A program made the translations under genes and the position numbers. Under the pieces are notes generated by a model, which did no database searches, was not told the origin of the DNA, and saw only the letters and a list, made by a program, of their open reading frames with translations. A DNA stretch of 62,618 nucleotides, the filler included, from Kipferlia bialata (taxonomy: Eukaryota), in assembly GCA_003568945.1 (NCBI GenBank). It is 3 parts of 3 records of this genome, joined end to end, with 100 filler letters (N's around TTAATTAATTAA, not from the genome) between each part and the next. Parts side by side here need not be neighbours in the genome. Positions count along the whole stretch, not along the records: positions 25,011 to 54,870 come from BDIP01000128.1; 2 more parts are not named here. The stretch is one strand, 5' to 3'. Positions within the stretch are counted from its first letter, which is position 1; the number at the start of each line of letters is the position of its first letter. Below are positions 25,184-38,500 of the stretch, piece after piece.

Positions 25184-27565
25184 TTACCCCCAGGCTCTGA
25201 GCGTGACCTAGTTGTCGTTGGCACAGACTCTCTATCCGAGACCTCTCTCTCCCACTCTCTCTCTAGGGGTGCAGCAGGAGAGAGAGAGAGAGGTGTGTCC
25301 AACCTCATGGCCTCTATGCTATACAGTGAGGACAGTGAGAGTGAGGGGCACCCCACATACGCAAAGGAGGAAGTGGAGGAGGAGTATGTGCTTCCACCAC
25401 ACACTGAGTCTCTATCCCTTGCTGGGGAGGAGACCAAGCGTGTGAGTCCCTACGAACAGACGCAGAGAGAGAGAGAGGAGAGAGAGAGAGAGGAGAGGGA
25501 GATGCAGCAGGAGCTAGAGGAGGAGAGGGAGAGAGAGAGAGAGAGTGACGAGGAGGAGGAGGGTTCTATGCTTGATATCGAGGATGATGCAGACGAAGAG
25601 GAAGAGTCTCCCATTCCCTCAGACAGAGCATACACACTACTAGGAGACATGAACAGAGAGGAGAGAGGGGGGGGGAGTGATAGAGACCTCCTTAGTGTCG
25701 AGAGAGAGGCAGAGAGAGACGCCGCTAGGGAGACTGGAGAGCACACCTATACCGGCAGGGGTCCCTCTGATCTCACACCCACACCGGTGGCAGAGGTATG
25801 TATGTGTGTATACATATATGTACTTTTGCAATAAGGTGTATAGGGAAAAAACTAATTGTCTTCCCCCCCCTGACCCTCCAGGTGATCCGTCTGACACCCG
25901 AGCCCAAGCCTGTGCAGGATACACGCAGGGGGGGAGAGGGGGAGAGGGAGAGAGAGAGAGAGTCCCACCACCTGGACAGGGAGAGACAGCGGCAGTCGGT
26001 GCCTTGGCTGGAGAGACAAAAGGAGAGACAGAGGGAGAGACAGACTGTCACAGAGAGAGAGAGAGAGATGCGTCTTCCTGTTGCTCAGTTTGATGGCGAG
26101 GGAGAGAGAGAGAGAGAGAACAGGAGAACCATGGAGATTCCCAGGAGTGGGAGTGATAGACCTGTATCTCCTGCCGAGGCCAGCAGAGACAGAGACAGAG
26201 AGGGAGAGAGGGAGATAGAGACAATGGGAGGATCACAGAGTAGCGTGGAAGGTATGGTAACTATCCCGAGTGTATTCCCATATTTTGTACCGTGGTGGTC
26301 ATATCCTCACCCCCAGCCCTATCTCTGTCCGAGGGTATTCCTCTCTCTCTCTCCCTCTCTCTCTCTCTATCTCTCTCTCATCCCTAGCCCTGTCCCTCTC
26401 TGAGGGCTATGCCTCTCTGCTGAAGAAGCAGGCAAGGGTCATGGCACTGTTACAAAGGTACCCATATGTATACAAGTGAGAATCTCTCTCCCTCTCTCTC
26501 TTTCTCACCCTGTAGATCTGAATCCCTTCGCACCTCCCTCGATGACCGTCTCCAGGCAGCTCTGGAGAGGAAGAGAGAGAGAGCGGCAGAGAGAGAGAGA
26601 GTACAGGCCAAGGGGAGGGAGACACAGCTGTCCAAGGTATGGATGACTCTTCAAACGCATACGTACTGTCCGTCAATAACCCTCTAACTCTAGAGACTAC
26701 TATTCATACTACTATGGATATATTGTAGTTGTGTACTCGTAATCCATTACCTCTAACCCTAAGGGTGCCATGATAGACGTGTCAGGACAGGTGGCACTGA
26801 GAGTCTCGTATTAATATATATAGTTAATGTGTATATATATTTAGACTGTAGTGTCTGAGTTATCTCATCCCAGGGTGTGAGGACAGGTGGCACTGAGAGT
26901 CTCGTATTTGTATATATAGTTAATGGATACATGTCTAACCCTCAGGGTGTGAGGACAGGAGGCACTGAGACCGAGGGCCCTGTCCTTCAACAGACCCTCA
27001 CCCTGCTGTACAGCCTGACCAACACAGCAGGCAGTGACCTGGAGAAGCAGAGGGAGAAGAACGCTAGGTACTCTTATACGAATGATATAGTGAATATAGT
27101 ATATACTGTCATCAATTTAGTATATATATACTGCTGGGTCAGACCTGGAGAAGCAGAGGGAGAAGAAGAACGCTAGGCCATTTTGCACCCAACTCTATAT
27201 ATATTAGAAGTATAATATAAGGAGAAGAATGGTATTCATACACACTTTTTACGTCCATCTACATGTATGCATATGTATGTATGTAACACCCACCCCAGGC
27301 TCCAGGCCATGGTGGATGAGGACAAGCAGAGGGAGAGACGCAGTGGCAGGGCGAGGACTAGGTACATATATACATGTTTACTAATACTGCCTCACTGCTT
27401 CTTGCTTAAGCACGGAATTATGTAATAGTAGTGGCCTTGACCCCAATGGTAGTTACTGCACATGGTCGTATACACATATGTAGTATGTCCTTTAACCCCC
27501 AGACGAGGCCAGGAGAGACCCCTCAACATGGAGGCCCTGCCCAGCAGTCTGGTGGTGGCTAAGAG
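25072..27565 (+). CDS. Hypothetical Glu/Arg-rich coiled-coil protein, multi-exon, ends uncertain
   Basis: Long ERERE-rich exons (about 25193-25796 and 25882-26251) followed by short coiled-coil exons with consensus splice sites. Confidence 0.5.
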
Positions 27566-28287
27566 GTATATACTATATATATAGAACACATATAGTGAAT
27601 ATATAATATATAGAGAATATATATATATATTCTACTGGTATCTACTGCCCAGCAGTCTGGTGGTGGCTAAGAGGTGTGGATATAGTATATATAGTATACA
27701 TAGTATCTACCACATTGTACTATACTCTCTCCCCCCCCCCCCACCCACTCTCCCTCCCTCCCTCCTGTATAACTCCATGGCTCAGTGTGTATGGCCACCT
27801 GTTGACAAGGGGTGGTCTGGCCAGGGTAGGGGTATGGGAGGAGGCAAGTCGTACGGAAAATGGAGACACCCAGTCTCCTCCTACTCTCACTCTACTTGTA
27901 CAGAGAGCCAGTCCTAAACACCTCTAATGGCAACAGAGGGTAACAAAGACCTCAGTGGTATTATCAAGCAATTTCCACTTGTACTAGGCCTAGTATGAGC
28001 AGTGAATGAGTGAGAAGGAGAGGGTTTCATCGTGGCAGTCAGGAATAATGAGACAATTATCCGATCTCTCGGTTTCGGAGCTTGTCACTCTTGGCTCCTG
28101 TGATGGTGTACTTGGCATCTATAACAGAGCAAATATGGCTCACATTGATATCCGTGACACCTTCTGGTATACTACTAGTATATATGAGAACATCGCATAC
28201 TTGAGCAGTGTGCTGGTCTATCTCTCTCTCTCTCGTTTGAACACTCTACGCGTACAACACGAAAGGTATCAATATATCGTACATGCT

Positions 28288-29325
28288 TTAAGTGAACTCT
28301 GTCTCCCCCCCTGCCCCCTCTAGCACTTCGTCCACCAGATCTGGGGGCAGGTGTCTGTTGTGTGGGAGGGGGCCTGTCCTCACCATGGCCATGCCCTGGG
28401 CCACCCTAGCTGCACCTGCTACAGTCTCATCCACCCTGGCCACTGTGGCCTCGAGGGAGGATAGTGCGGCAGCCAGAGACGCGGCACTCCTACCCACACT
28501 GGACGGGACCTCTAGGTGCTCCCGAGAGGCATTGGTAGCCTGCACAGCAGCCCCAAGGCCTAATGGGTGAGATGGAAGTAATACTCAGAAACAGATCATA
28601 ACACCGATAATTAGAGGATACGCACCTTGCTGCCACACTCCTGTGAGCTCTGTGAGTCTCTCTGTCAGGCTAGACAGTGCCGCACTGAGTGATGCCGCAT
28701 CGAGGGCAGAGGCTGGGGAGGCCACGGCAGATGGGTCATGACAGTGCATTGCCGTGTCTCTGCTGATAGCCCTGTCGGCATGGGCCAGGGCATCAAGCAC
28801 CCTGGGTCAGTCAGTACAGGTCAAGAATGTAATGGTAGTGAGAGTAAGAGGAAGTGAGAAGAAGGCAGTTGCCATAATTAGGTCCTCAACGCCAACAAAT
28901 ACAGTAGAGTAAAACTGTATGTATTGAGTATACCCACTGTCCTCACCTATTGATAGGGGGGGCTGGACCGACAGGGGGTAAAAGTGGAGCTGTAGTTTCG
29001 TGACTCTCTGCTTCACCGCCCTCCCCCTCTACTGACTCCTCCTGTCGCATCTGTTGCACCAGCTTTGTCAGTAGGTTGGTCTGTGCTTGCGAGGCCACCG
29101 TCTGCCCCTTCCTGACCTCTCCCAGCTGCCGGGCCCTCGGCTTCCTCCCCCTCCCCATCCTCTCAGATATGGCTAGGGCCACATCAGGGGGGTACAGGGC
29201 GTGGAGGTAGTGGGTGACAGAGGCAGAGTGGCTGGCAGCACCAGCACGCTGGAGGTCCCTCAGCAGACACCTATCCTCCCCCAGACGGACAGGCGACACC
29301 AGTGCGTCCAGCAGACGCAGACACT
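28288..29325 (-). CDS. Hypothetical Ala-rich helical protein, at least 3 exons, start uncertain (about 29470)
   Basis: Three open exons (about 29325-28947, 28802-28625, 28560-28288) are flanked by CTGACCC(CC)AG-type acceptors and GT donors and end at TAA 28288. Confidence 0.45.
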
Positions 29326-29541
29326 GGGGGTCAGCCATACACACTTCCCCCAGAATCTAGTGCTAGGTGGAAGAGCGGCCAACGGACAGAGACTACTCCT
29401 CAATACAAAGGGTGTAGCACTCAGACTGACAAAAAAGTAGACCTCGCGCTCTCCAGCGGGCCTCTATCCATAGGCTTAGGTTAGGGCTCTGGTACCAAGA
29501 GACGGCAGCCCGCTATACTGTGTCTCTGTGTGCCATAGCCG

Positions 29542-32500
29542 ATGAGCTCTAGGCAAGGGGTGACGCTCTCGTCAACCCCTTCGTCGCATGCTAGAAAGAG
29601 TGAGTCCCTCCTACTGTATATATGCACTCTCTGTATGAATACAACATGTATCATTAGAGCGGGCCGGTGCCAACTGTCTACCAGTCAAGGTCAACCACTG
29701 TGTCTCCCTGTGAGCCCTCCCCTCACCCCCAGATGTGTCTAGAGTCCAGCTGGTGTCGTCTAGAAACAGGCAGGACGGGCCCAGGATCATATCATCCACC
29801 CCAGCGCCACCAGGCACCAGTAGGTAGGGGGTATGTGTGTCTGCAGTTTGTATGTGGGGCGGAGGATGGTGCTTTGACTGATATGTTGCGCGTGGCGTTT
29901 CTGAATACGGTCTCTGTTATATATAGTATCGACCTCTGCCCCATTTCAGTATGAATGCCAGTCTCCGGTACTTTATGCCTTGATTTATCCCTGCTGAGTC
30001 TCTCATTTATATCAGGATGCGACCTATAGACTCTGTGTCTGCCTCCCCACCCCGTGTTGTTGCGGCCTCTCATTCCAACCCCCATGCCCTACCTGCCATG
30101 AACCCAATCAAGGACGGTATGTGGGTACATACACTGCAGTACACACCTCAATAGAACCCCCCTACTCCCCCCCCTCTCTGACGCAGTGCCGTCCGACCGT
30201 GGTATGGGCATGACTAGGGGTAGGAGCATGGTGCCCCAGACATCCTCCAACACTAGGCCGGACAAGCCTAAGGGGAAGGCAGACCGGAAGAAGGACTCAC
30301 ACCCAAGGTCACCGGGGGGAGACAGATCACCCCAGGCAGGACAGGCCAGCGAGGGGGGGAAGGGGCTGCTGAAGCCTCTGTGGTACAAGGTGGGAGGGGT
30401 ACATATGCATTATTTGTGCATTCACATATATACTCTCGTCCCTATACACCTTCTCTACCTATCTCTCACTCCCAGGAGATGCCCTTCTGGCGGCAATACA
30501 GATGGTTGACACTTTGGGGCTGGTTAGGTACTTAGTTGCATCGATCTAGCACGCATGTGCCTCTATCTGCATAAGTGTACATCTTAGCCACTCATGTGGT
30601 TGTGGTCTCCTACTGCGTGCCCCCCCCCTTCCTCCTCTGACCACAGCACTTGTGACCATTTTGCTAGGTGTCTGCTGCGTGTATCTGTTGCGCTTTGTGT
30701 CCAGTGGTTCAGTCAGTACAGGGCAGGTGGGTGCACAAGAGTGTATATACGTGGGTGGTATGGTTACTGATCCCCCCTCCCCTCTCAAGACTGTAGTTGT
30801 GTTAGTGTGACATGGGTGTATGTATGTCTGTATTCTGCTCATCCCTCACCCCAGGACACTCTAGTGTATGGGTCTGTGTCTGCCGATAGAGAGGGTGCTC
30901 TCACTGTCGACAGGGCCAGTGGCACAGACCCCCTACTGTCTCTCTCCGCTGTCAACACAGACACCTCAGGCGACACCTCAGGCCTCTCCCCCCTAGTTGA
31001 TATGACCTGGGACACAGGGGCAGGCACAGCAGGGGCTGCATACCCTGTGCTGTCTGTGGCAACGTCAGATGGGGCAGCCCCAGCAGTGCTGTCCATATCA
31101 TCGGGCACAGAGACCTCCTCCAGTCAGGAGGCTAAGGCTGAGGGGAGGAGCCATAGTGGGGTGGTAGGTGCCCCGTCAGCACATGAGGGAAGAGGGAAAG
31201 ACATGTCTGGGGCCGGTGTCACAAAGTCCACCTCCACGCCCTCTCTCTCGCTCTCTGGTGCTGATCTGTCTGTCCCTGACAATGCCATTAGTGCCCAGAC
31301 CATCGATGTGGATGGAACTGGGCACCTGTCTGCCTCAGACGACACCTTTATCATAGGCAGTGATGGCAGTGCAGTAGTAGGGGCAGAGGGAGGGGTCGCA
31401 CTGAATGCCAGCCCCACCTCCCTGCCCTCCACCTCCATCCCAGCCTCAGGGTCTGTACACCTAGTGCATAGGAGTACGAGAGATGACTCGGCCGGGTACT
31501 CTGAGGTATACGGGGTGCAACGGGAGACATCGGTGCTGTACATACTACTCTCTCTCTCTCTCAATGCATTCACCCCCCTCTCACCACCCAGGCCAACCCA
31601 GCTGTCACTGTGTATGGTACCGGTGATGCCACCACCAGTGACACAGACACAGAGTCTAGGCTGCACATTGAGTGCTCGGACACGGCCATGTCCGCTGTCC
31701 TTTCCTTAGGAGACGAGAGAGTGGCCGCAGAGGCAGGAGAGGTAGGGAGGAGTAGTAATAGTGAATATATGTTCATCCTTGTGTGCTGCCTGACCTCAGA
31801 TTCTTCTGAACGGTCTGTATGAGATTGGCTACAGCCGTCACTCCGACTCCCTGTCCCTATCCCACACGGCCAAGGGGTACCCTGATGTGTCCACCCCCAT
31901 ACTAGGTGTAGCAGTTGATAGAGAGGTATCTGATATGGGTGCCACGCTCACTGTGGCTGGGGGTGTGTCCTCTGTCTTTGAGGCAGATGTCACAGTGGGG
32001 CAGGTCCAGATAGCAGAGAGCACCATATCAGCCGCGGACAGCGCTACCCTCACCCTCGCACCCTCCGACAACAACTCCATATCCCTCTCAGATGCTGATG
32101 TGTCTAGTGTCGGGAGTCTCTGCACAAGTGGACTTTGTATTAGGTACAGTTCACACATTAGCCATATGTTGAGGTGTTAATAGTGTGTGGTCTCCTTCTC
32201 TCTCTCACACCCAGTGGCAATGAGATCTCCACAGATGGGGACCTGAGGCTCAGTGCCCCTGACGGTAACATTGTCCTAAACCAGCAGGTATGGTCAAGAG
32301 CAATCCGTATTTGAGTCATTTGCATTGTAGTCCTTCTCTCTGTCTGTCTATATTCTCTATCCCTCCTCCCACCCCAGTCCATGACCATCGAGACCGACTA
32401 CTTCACTGTGGCCTCCCTCGTCTTTGCAGGGTCTGCCATCACCACCCTTTCGGGTGACCTTTCCCTCCAATCAGCCTCTGGCACGGTAGCCATGGCAGGG

Positions 32501-35500
32501 CAGACCCTCTCCCTGGATGGGATGGACCTGGCAGCAGGGGGGATCACAGGGACAGACGACCTGGTCCTGGCTTCAGAGGACGGTGAGTGTATCTGTATAT
32601 ATATGCAGGATATACCTTTGTGTTAAGCTGTCACCCTCTGTGCCTCACCCTAGGGAGTGTCTCAGTTGATGGAGACCTTGAGATTGTAGGGGGTGTCGTC
32701 CTGACCGGCTCCTCCTATGAGTCCAGAGTGACAGCCAGGGGTGGCACTGTGTATGTGGGTACCCAGGGCACAGACGATGTGACCCTGAGGGTGGGTGCCC
32801 TAGAGCTAACAGACTGCTCCATATCAACAGCCAACAGTATCACTGATGAGGGCAACCTTACCCTCAACGCATACAGCAGGGTGATATCCTTTGCAGGGAA
32901 TGACCTGGACGGTGGCATCCTGGGCACTGTCACTGCATCCTCTCTCTCTACTACAGATGATGGCATGGTCCTGAGTGGCAGTACAATCACAACGCCAGGC
33001 GACATGGTGATCAGCCCAGGTATGTATATGTATATATACGTGCAATCTCTCTTAACACTGTATACTCACCAATCAGGTGGGGACATTGACATTGGGCCCA
33101 GCACCATTGTTGGGTCTAGCACAGCCGGAGTGGAGCTAGGAGGCATGGTCTCCCTCGATAGTCTGGGCCTTCATGCGCTGCTCTCAGACCTCACCCTCGA
33201 GGCCAGTAGTGGACGGACAGTTCTCACCCATGCCAGTACGTGCAATGCTTGTTAACCTATACTTGGCCAGTGATACCCTCTTCCCTCTACTGAGTACGCT
33301 TACCCTAGGTGCTGATACCGGGGGCACTCCGAGCCTTGTGATAGGGGATGCGACTCTCGACTCAGGTGGGGGCAGTGTGTAGTCCATTCTGTATCATGCA
33401 TCAAACATCCTCCCCCCTCTCTTCTGACCCCCAGACAGTCTTCAGAACACATCGGACACCCTGAGTATAGTGGGTGCCCCCCTCAAGCTGTCTAGCCAGT
33501 CTCTGGCTGTGTCAGTGACCAGTGACATGACTGTAGGTATGGTAGTTGTGTGGTCAACTCACATTGCTGTAGGTGTATAGACACCGTATGTATTAGCAAC
33601 ACTCACCTCCAGGCTCTGTGTACACCTTCAAGGCCGGAGACCTCGACATCACCAGCAACACCCTCTCCAGTGGGAGTGGCCAGGACCTGAGGCTGGTGGC
33701 GGACTCAGGTAGGGCCTGTTCTCTTTGGTAATTGTTAGGTCCTTATCTCTATGTAGTTAATTTGCGTATATATGTGTATTTCTATATGTTCTGATCACAT
33801 AACATACTGACCCTCAGAGGTATTGCGCCTTCCCGAGGGCCACACTCTGTTTGTAGGCACCCTGGGGGTGGAGAGCACGACATCCACCATCACAGCTGAG
33901 GATACACTCACCTTTGGGGGTGGGGGCTCTGACCCGAGGTACTGTGGAGTGCTCTACTGTTCACACACTCCTCTCCCTACATCATATATACCCCACACAC
34001 CCTCCCTCACCCTCACCCCCAGGGTCACTGTTGAGAGCGGGTCCACCTTTGAGGCAGGCACTATGGAGATGTATGACAGCCATATCACATCCAGTGCCGG
34101 TGGGCTATTCATAGACGACCTCTATATCAACGGAAACTCTGTCTCCCTCACCTCCGATGAGGATCTGTACCTATCACCTGTGGACGGATACAGTCTGGTA
34201 CGTCGCAAGTGGTGTCTCCATTCCCAACCCTCTCTATCTACCCTGCCTCACCCCCAGATCCTGGATGCTGATTTCGTCTCCTCTCCCGTGGGTGCCATCT
34301 CCGCCCTGTCCATGTCGGCCACCACAGTCACGGCAGGCACCAACCTCAAGCTGTCATCCTCAAGTGTCGAGGCTACCTCTGTGGCCTCTGCCCTCAAGCT
34401 AGTGTCTGCCAGTGGAGAGGTCACAGTGTCCACAGCATCTGGTAAGACAAGTTGTAGTGTATATGTTTCCATTCTTTGCCAATGGTCCCCTCATCCCAGG
34501 TTCCTCGGTCTCCCCCAAGATATCTGTGGGAGAGATCTCCCTCAACTCGGACGGCCTTGTGTCTAGTTCCCCTGTCAGCATCCAGTCAGTAGAGATTGAT
34601 AGCACCAGCATAGGCACTGTAGACGATGACACTCTGCACATGGTCACATCAACACGGCTCGGTGAGTGTATTCAGGACACACTTATAGTGTAGCATGTAC
34701 ACTCTACATCAATACTCTCTGACCCAGGCACTGTAGAGATTGGCACCAACGATCTGGAGAGCAGTGAGCGTTATACCATCAGAACGGTATCCAACGACAA
34801 CCTTGTTCTCTCCCCCGCTAGTGACGTCATGATCCTCGATGGCCAGGGCGAGTTCCAGGCTCACAGGGCCTCTCTCCACAGGGTGTATCTGTCGGCAGAT
34901 GACGACGATGACTACTCATCAGCAGTTGTCACGCTGACAGAGGGTATGGATAGTGGTATATGGGAAACATATTTGTAATTCGGTAAACATCTCAACCTCC
35001 CACCCCAGATGGTATTGACTCGACCCGCTCCTTCACCACCACCGTCACATCCACCCATGCCACCACTGCCAACCTCATCTCACTCACTGCTGCTGCATCC
35101 ATCGAGGTGGGGTATATTGCATATATGTGATGTCGCCTCCTTGTCTCTTCTATGGCATAGTCTTCTCACAGAATCTAGTTTCAAGGTATTTGTCATTACC
35201 TCTGACCCCTAGCTCTCTGGTGATGTCAACCTGGCTGAGTCCAATGCCTTCACTGTCGGCAACCTGTCTCTATCGAGTGACACCATATCGAATGCGTCAG
35301 TCACCGATGACCTCACAATCTCCTCGGGCACAGACACAGTCGCCCTCCCCACATCCCACTCCCTCACAATCGGGAACATCGAGATCGACTCACCCAACCG
35401 CTCCATATCTAGCACTGGCTCACTAGACATATCATGTGGGGGTGCCCTTCCCAGTCTCATCGTAGACTCTGGCACCACTCTCTTCGCTGCTGCCGTGCAG

Positions 35501-38500
35501 GCTGATACCATAGTGTCGGGGGGCTCTGCCGCTGACGGCAACCTGTCCATAGACGCAGTGGCCACTCTCTCCCTCGGAACTAGCACAGCTGTCAACACAG
35601 TGATAGGATCCACAGACAATGCAGTGGAACTGAAGGGCACCCTCGATTTGGGTTCAGACGGACTGGTTCGTTATTACATATACGAGTTGGGAATCAGTGT
35701 ATATTCCGTTAGTAGTCACCATAACCCTGTCTCTCACACCCAGGGTGTGTCCATAGGAGCCAGTGGATTCCCCACCGTTCTGCATGGCACAGACATATCC
35801 ATCGGTACCAGCGACACTGATGGGGCAGTTGCCATAGGAAGGGCGGCAGCTGACTCCGTGATTACATTCGCAGGTACAGTACTGCCATGATTGAGTTATC
35901 TACCTATCTATACCACCTCTCACCCCCAGGCAGTGTCAACCTGGGCACAGCAGATGGAGCCACCATCAATGCAGGTAGCGGCACCAGCAGCGTCAACCTC
36001 AATGGCAATGTGACCATTGGGGGGTCTGTGGCTGGCACAGGCAGTGCAGTGCGCATAGGAGACACAGCGGGGACAACAGGTGGGTGGATGTTGTTGTTGT
36101 TTATGTCTCTGACCCTTAAGCATAGCTCACCTTCAGACATTGGGGGTGTCACTCTGAACGTGGCCCCTGCCTCTTCCACCACCACCGCTCTGACCATGGG
36201 CCATGAGGGCTCTACAGTGCAGATGCATGGCAGTGCAGTGGGTATCGGTACAGCCACCACAGACGGAGCTGTGACCATCGGCAGGGAGGGCGAGACCGTT
36301 GTGATCCTGGGTGCCCTGGAGCTACCCCCCACCGCAGTGTCCACCATCGAGATTGCCAGTAACCTGGTAGTTAACAACATGAACGCCAACACAGATGAGA
36401 CAGACACCCTGGGAGTGGGGACGGCCACGCCCCTGATAGAGATCGGACACAGTGCATGTGCAGTGTCAATCACGGGTGCCTCAGATATCGTAGCTGCCTC
36501 AGGTATGTATATATCTACATATATATAATACATGCATGTGATGGTGTTCACTTTGATAGACGCATATGCTTATACATATGATATTTGCTACTGTGATTCT
36601 CTCACACGTAGGTGCTGACGTGGCAATCGGTGCTGATGCCGATAACACCGTGTCTGTCTCTGCCACCACAGGGCATGTGGTGCTTGGCAACACCCAGGGC
36701 ACGGTGGAGGTCTATGCCAACGACGTGCAGATAGGAACAGACTCTAGGTATGCATTGTGTCTTCATTCCCACTCTCAAGTCACTTACCCTCTCACCTCCA
36801 GTGCCTCAGGTAGCTCTGTGAGCATCGGCCACTCCGACGGGTCTGTTGTACTAGCAGGAGGCAGCCTCAGCATCAACGACGTCTCTATCACCACCAACAC
36901 CAACACGGGAGTGAGCACCATAGCCACTGGGAGCAGCAGCCTCAAGCTCTTCTCCTCGGCCGGTGCCATCTCATTTGGGTCCAACACCCTGTCGGGCACA
37001 GCTGTTGACATCACGTCTCTGGACGTTGACACAGTGGACGCCGCCACCTCTGTGCTCACCCCCCTTGTGTCGACTGGGAGTGGGGACCTGTCCCTGGCCT
37101 CTGCCTCAGGCACCATCAGCATGGGGGCCCATGCCCTGACAGCCACTACCACAGGGTCTGTGACTGTCGGGGACTGCTCCCTCACAACAGAGGGGCTGGA
37201 GCATGTGCAGGAGCTGGCCCTAGTCCATCACAGCCTGTCTAGCGTTAACATCCTCACCCCTTCCAGTACTGCTGGCCTGTACAACGCTGGTACCCTGACA
37301 GTGGGTGACCTTACGGTTACGGATAGCCAGATAGCCACTGCCGGAGTCCTCACTGTGAATGCGGCCACTGGTATGACTGTGGAGAGTGACATGACCGTGG
37401 AAGGGGCTGCCCTTATCACTGATGTGACCATAGACACATCCTCTGTCACAGCATCGGGGGGGACACTCACTTTGTCTCCTACCGTTGTGATGGGGTCTCT
37501 CGAGATCGATGGAAGTGCCGCTGTACCAACCCTCTCAGCATCAAGTGGAATCAGGCTGATCCCAGGTGCGGCTGGTACTCTATAACTGGGTACTATTTAG
37601 TATATATATGACATTTTTGACACCAGGCTCGAGCCAGGTTGTGACTGTGGACGAGACCCTCACCGTTGGGGACATCTCTCTCAGCAGCAATGTGCTCTCA
37701 TACACATCGGCGTCCCTGCTCATCCAGGCCGACACTGGAAACTCCCTCAAGCTCTCAGACTATTCGGTATGTCATTTTCTCCTCACTTATCGTGGTCTTT
37801 GTACCATCCCCTCCCACCCCAGATTGGACAGCCGGGTGGTGCGACCATGGAGTTCGGTCTCTCCAGCATATCCCTCACCACCACCACACAGCTGTTAGCC
37901 TCTGGAACGACAGCCACATACGCAGGACTGGTGGCCAGTACGCTAGCACCCCCAGAGGGTATGTGAGTCTAGCATCACTTCTACCGAATAACAGTGTCTC
38001 AGTGTCTCTAACAGTAGGTGGAGACCTTACTCTCGGCAGGGTTGGGCAGAGAACCACCTTCCTGGGAGCTGTTGAGCTCGATAACATTGCATCAGACATC
38101 CTGACAGCTGACACAAAGTGGGTGGTTCTTCGCAATATCCATTCCTTCAACTTCACCATAACCATCGATCATCCTGTCTCACCTTAGGGTTGTCACTCCA
38201 GCTGTTAGCGCTGACGCTGACCTCACCATCGACCCTGGGAGTGAGACGGACCCAGTCAACACCCTCAGCCTCTGCAGTGTCAATGGGAACCTGGTCATGG
38301 GAAGGTCGGGGGCTGACGTCACCCTCCACGCCACGACCCTCCTGCTCAACCCCTCCTCTGGTGAGACCATCCTAGGCAACCTAGTAGACACCACCAGCAT
38401 CGTTGGAGAGTTTGAGGTGCAGTCCGAGGTGTCGAGCAGCACAGGCTACGATCTCGTGCTGTCTGGGGCCTCTGGGATGGATGTGGTACTGACAGCTGGA

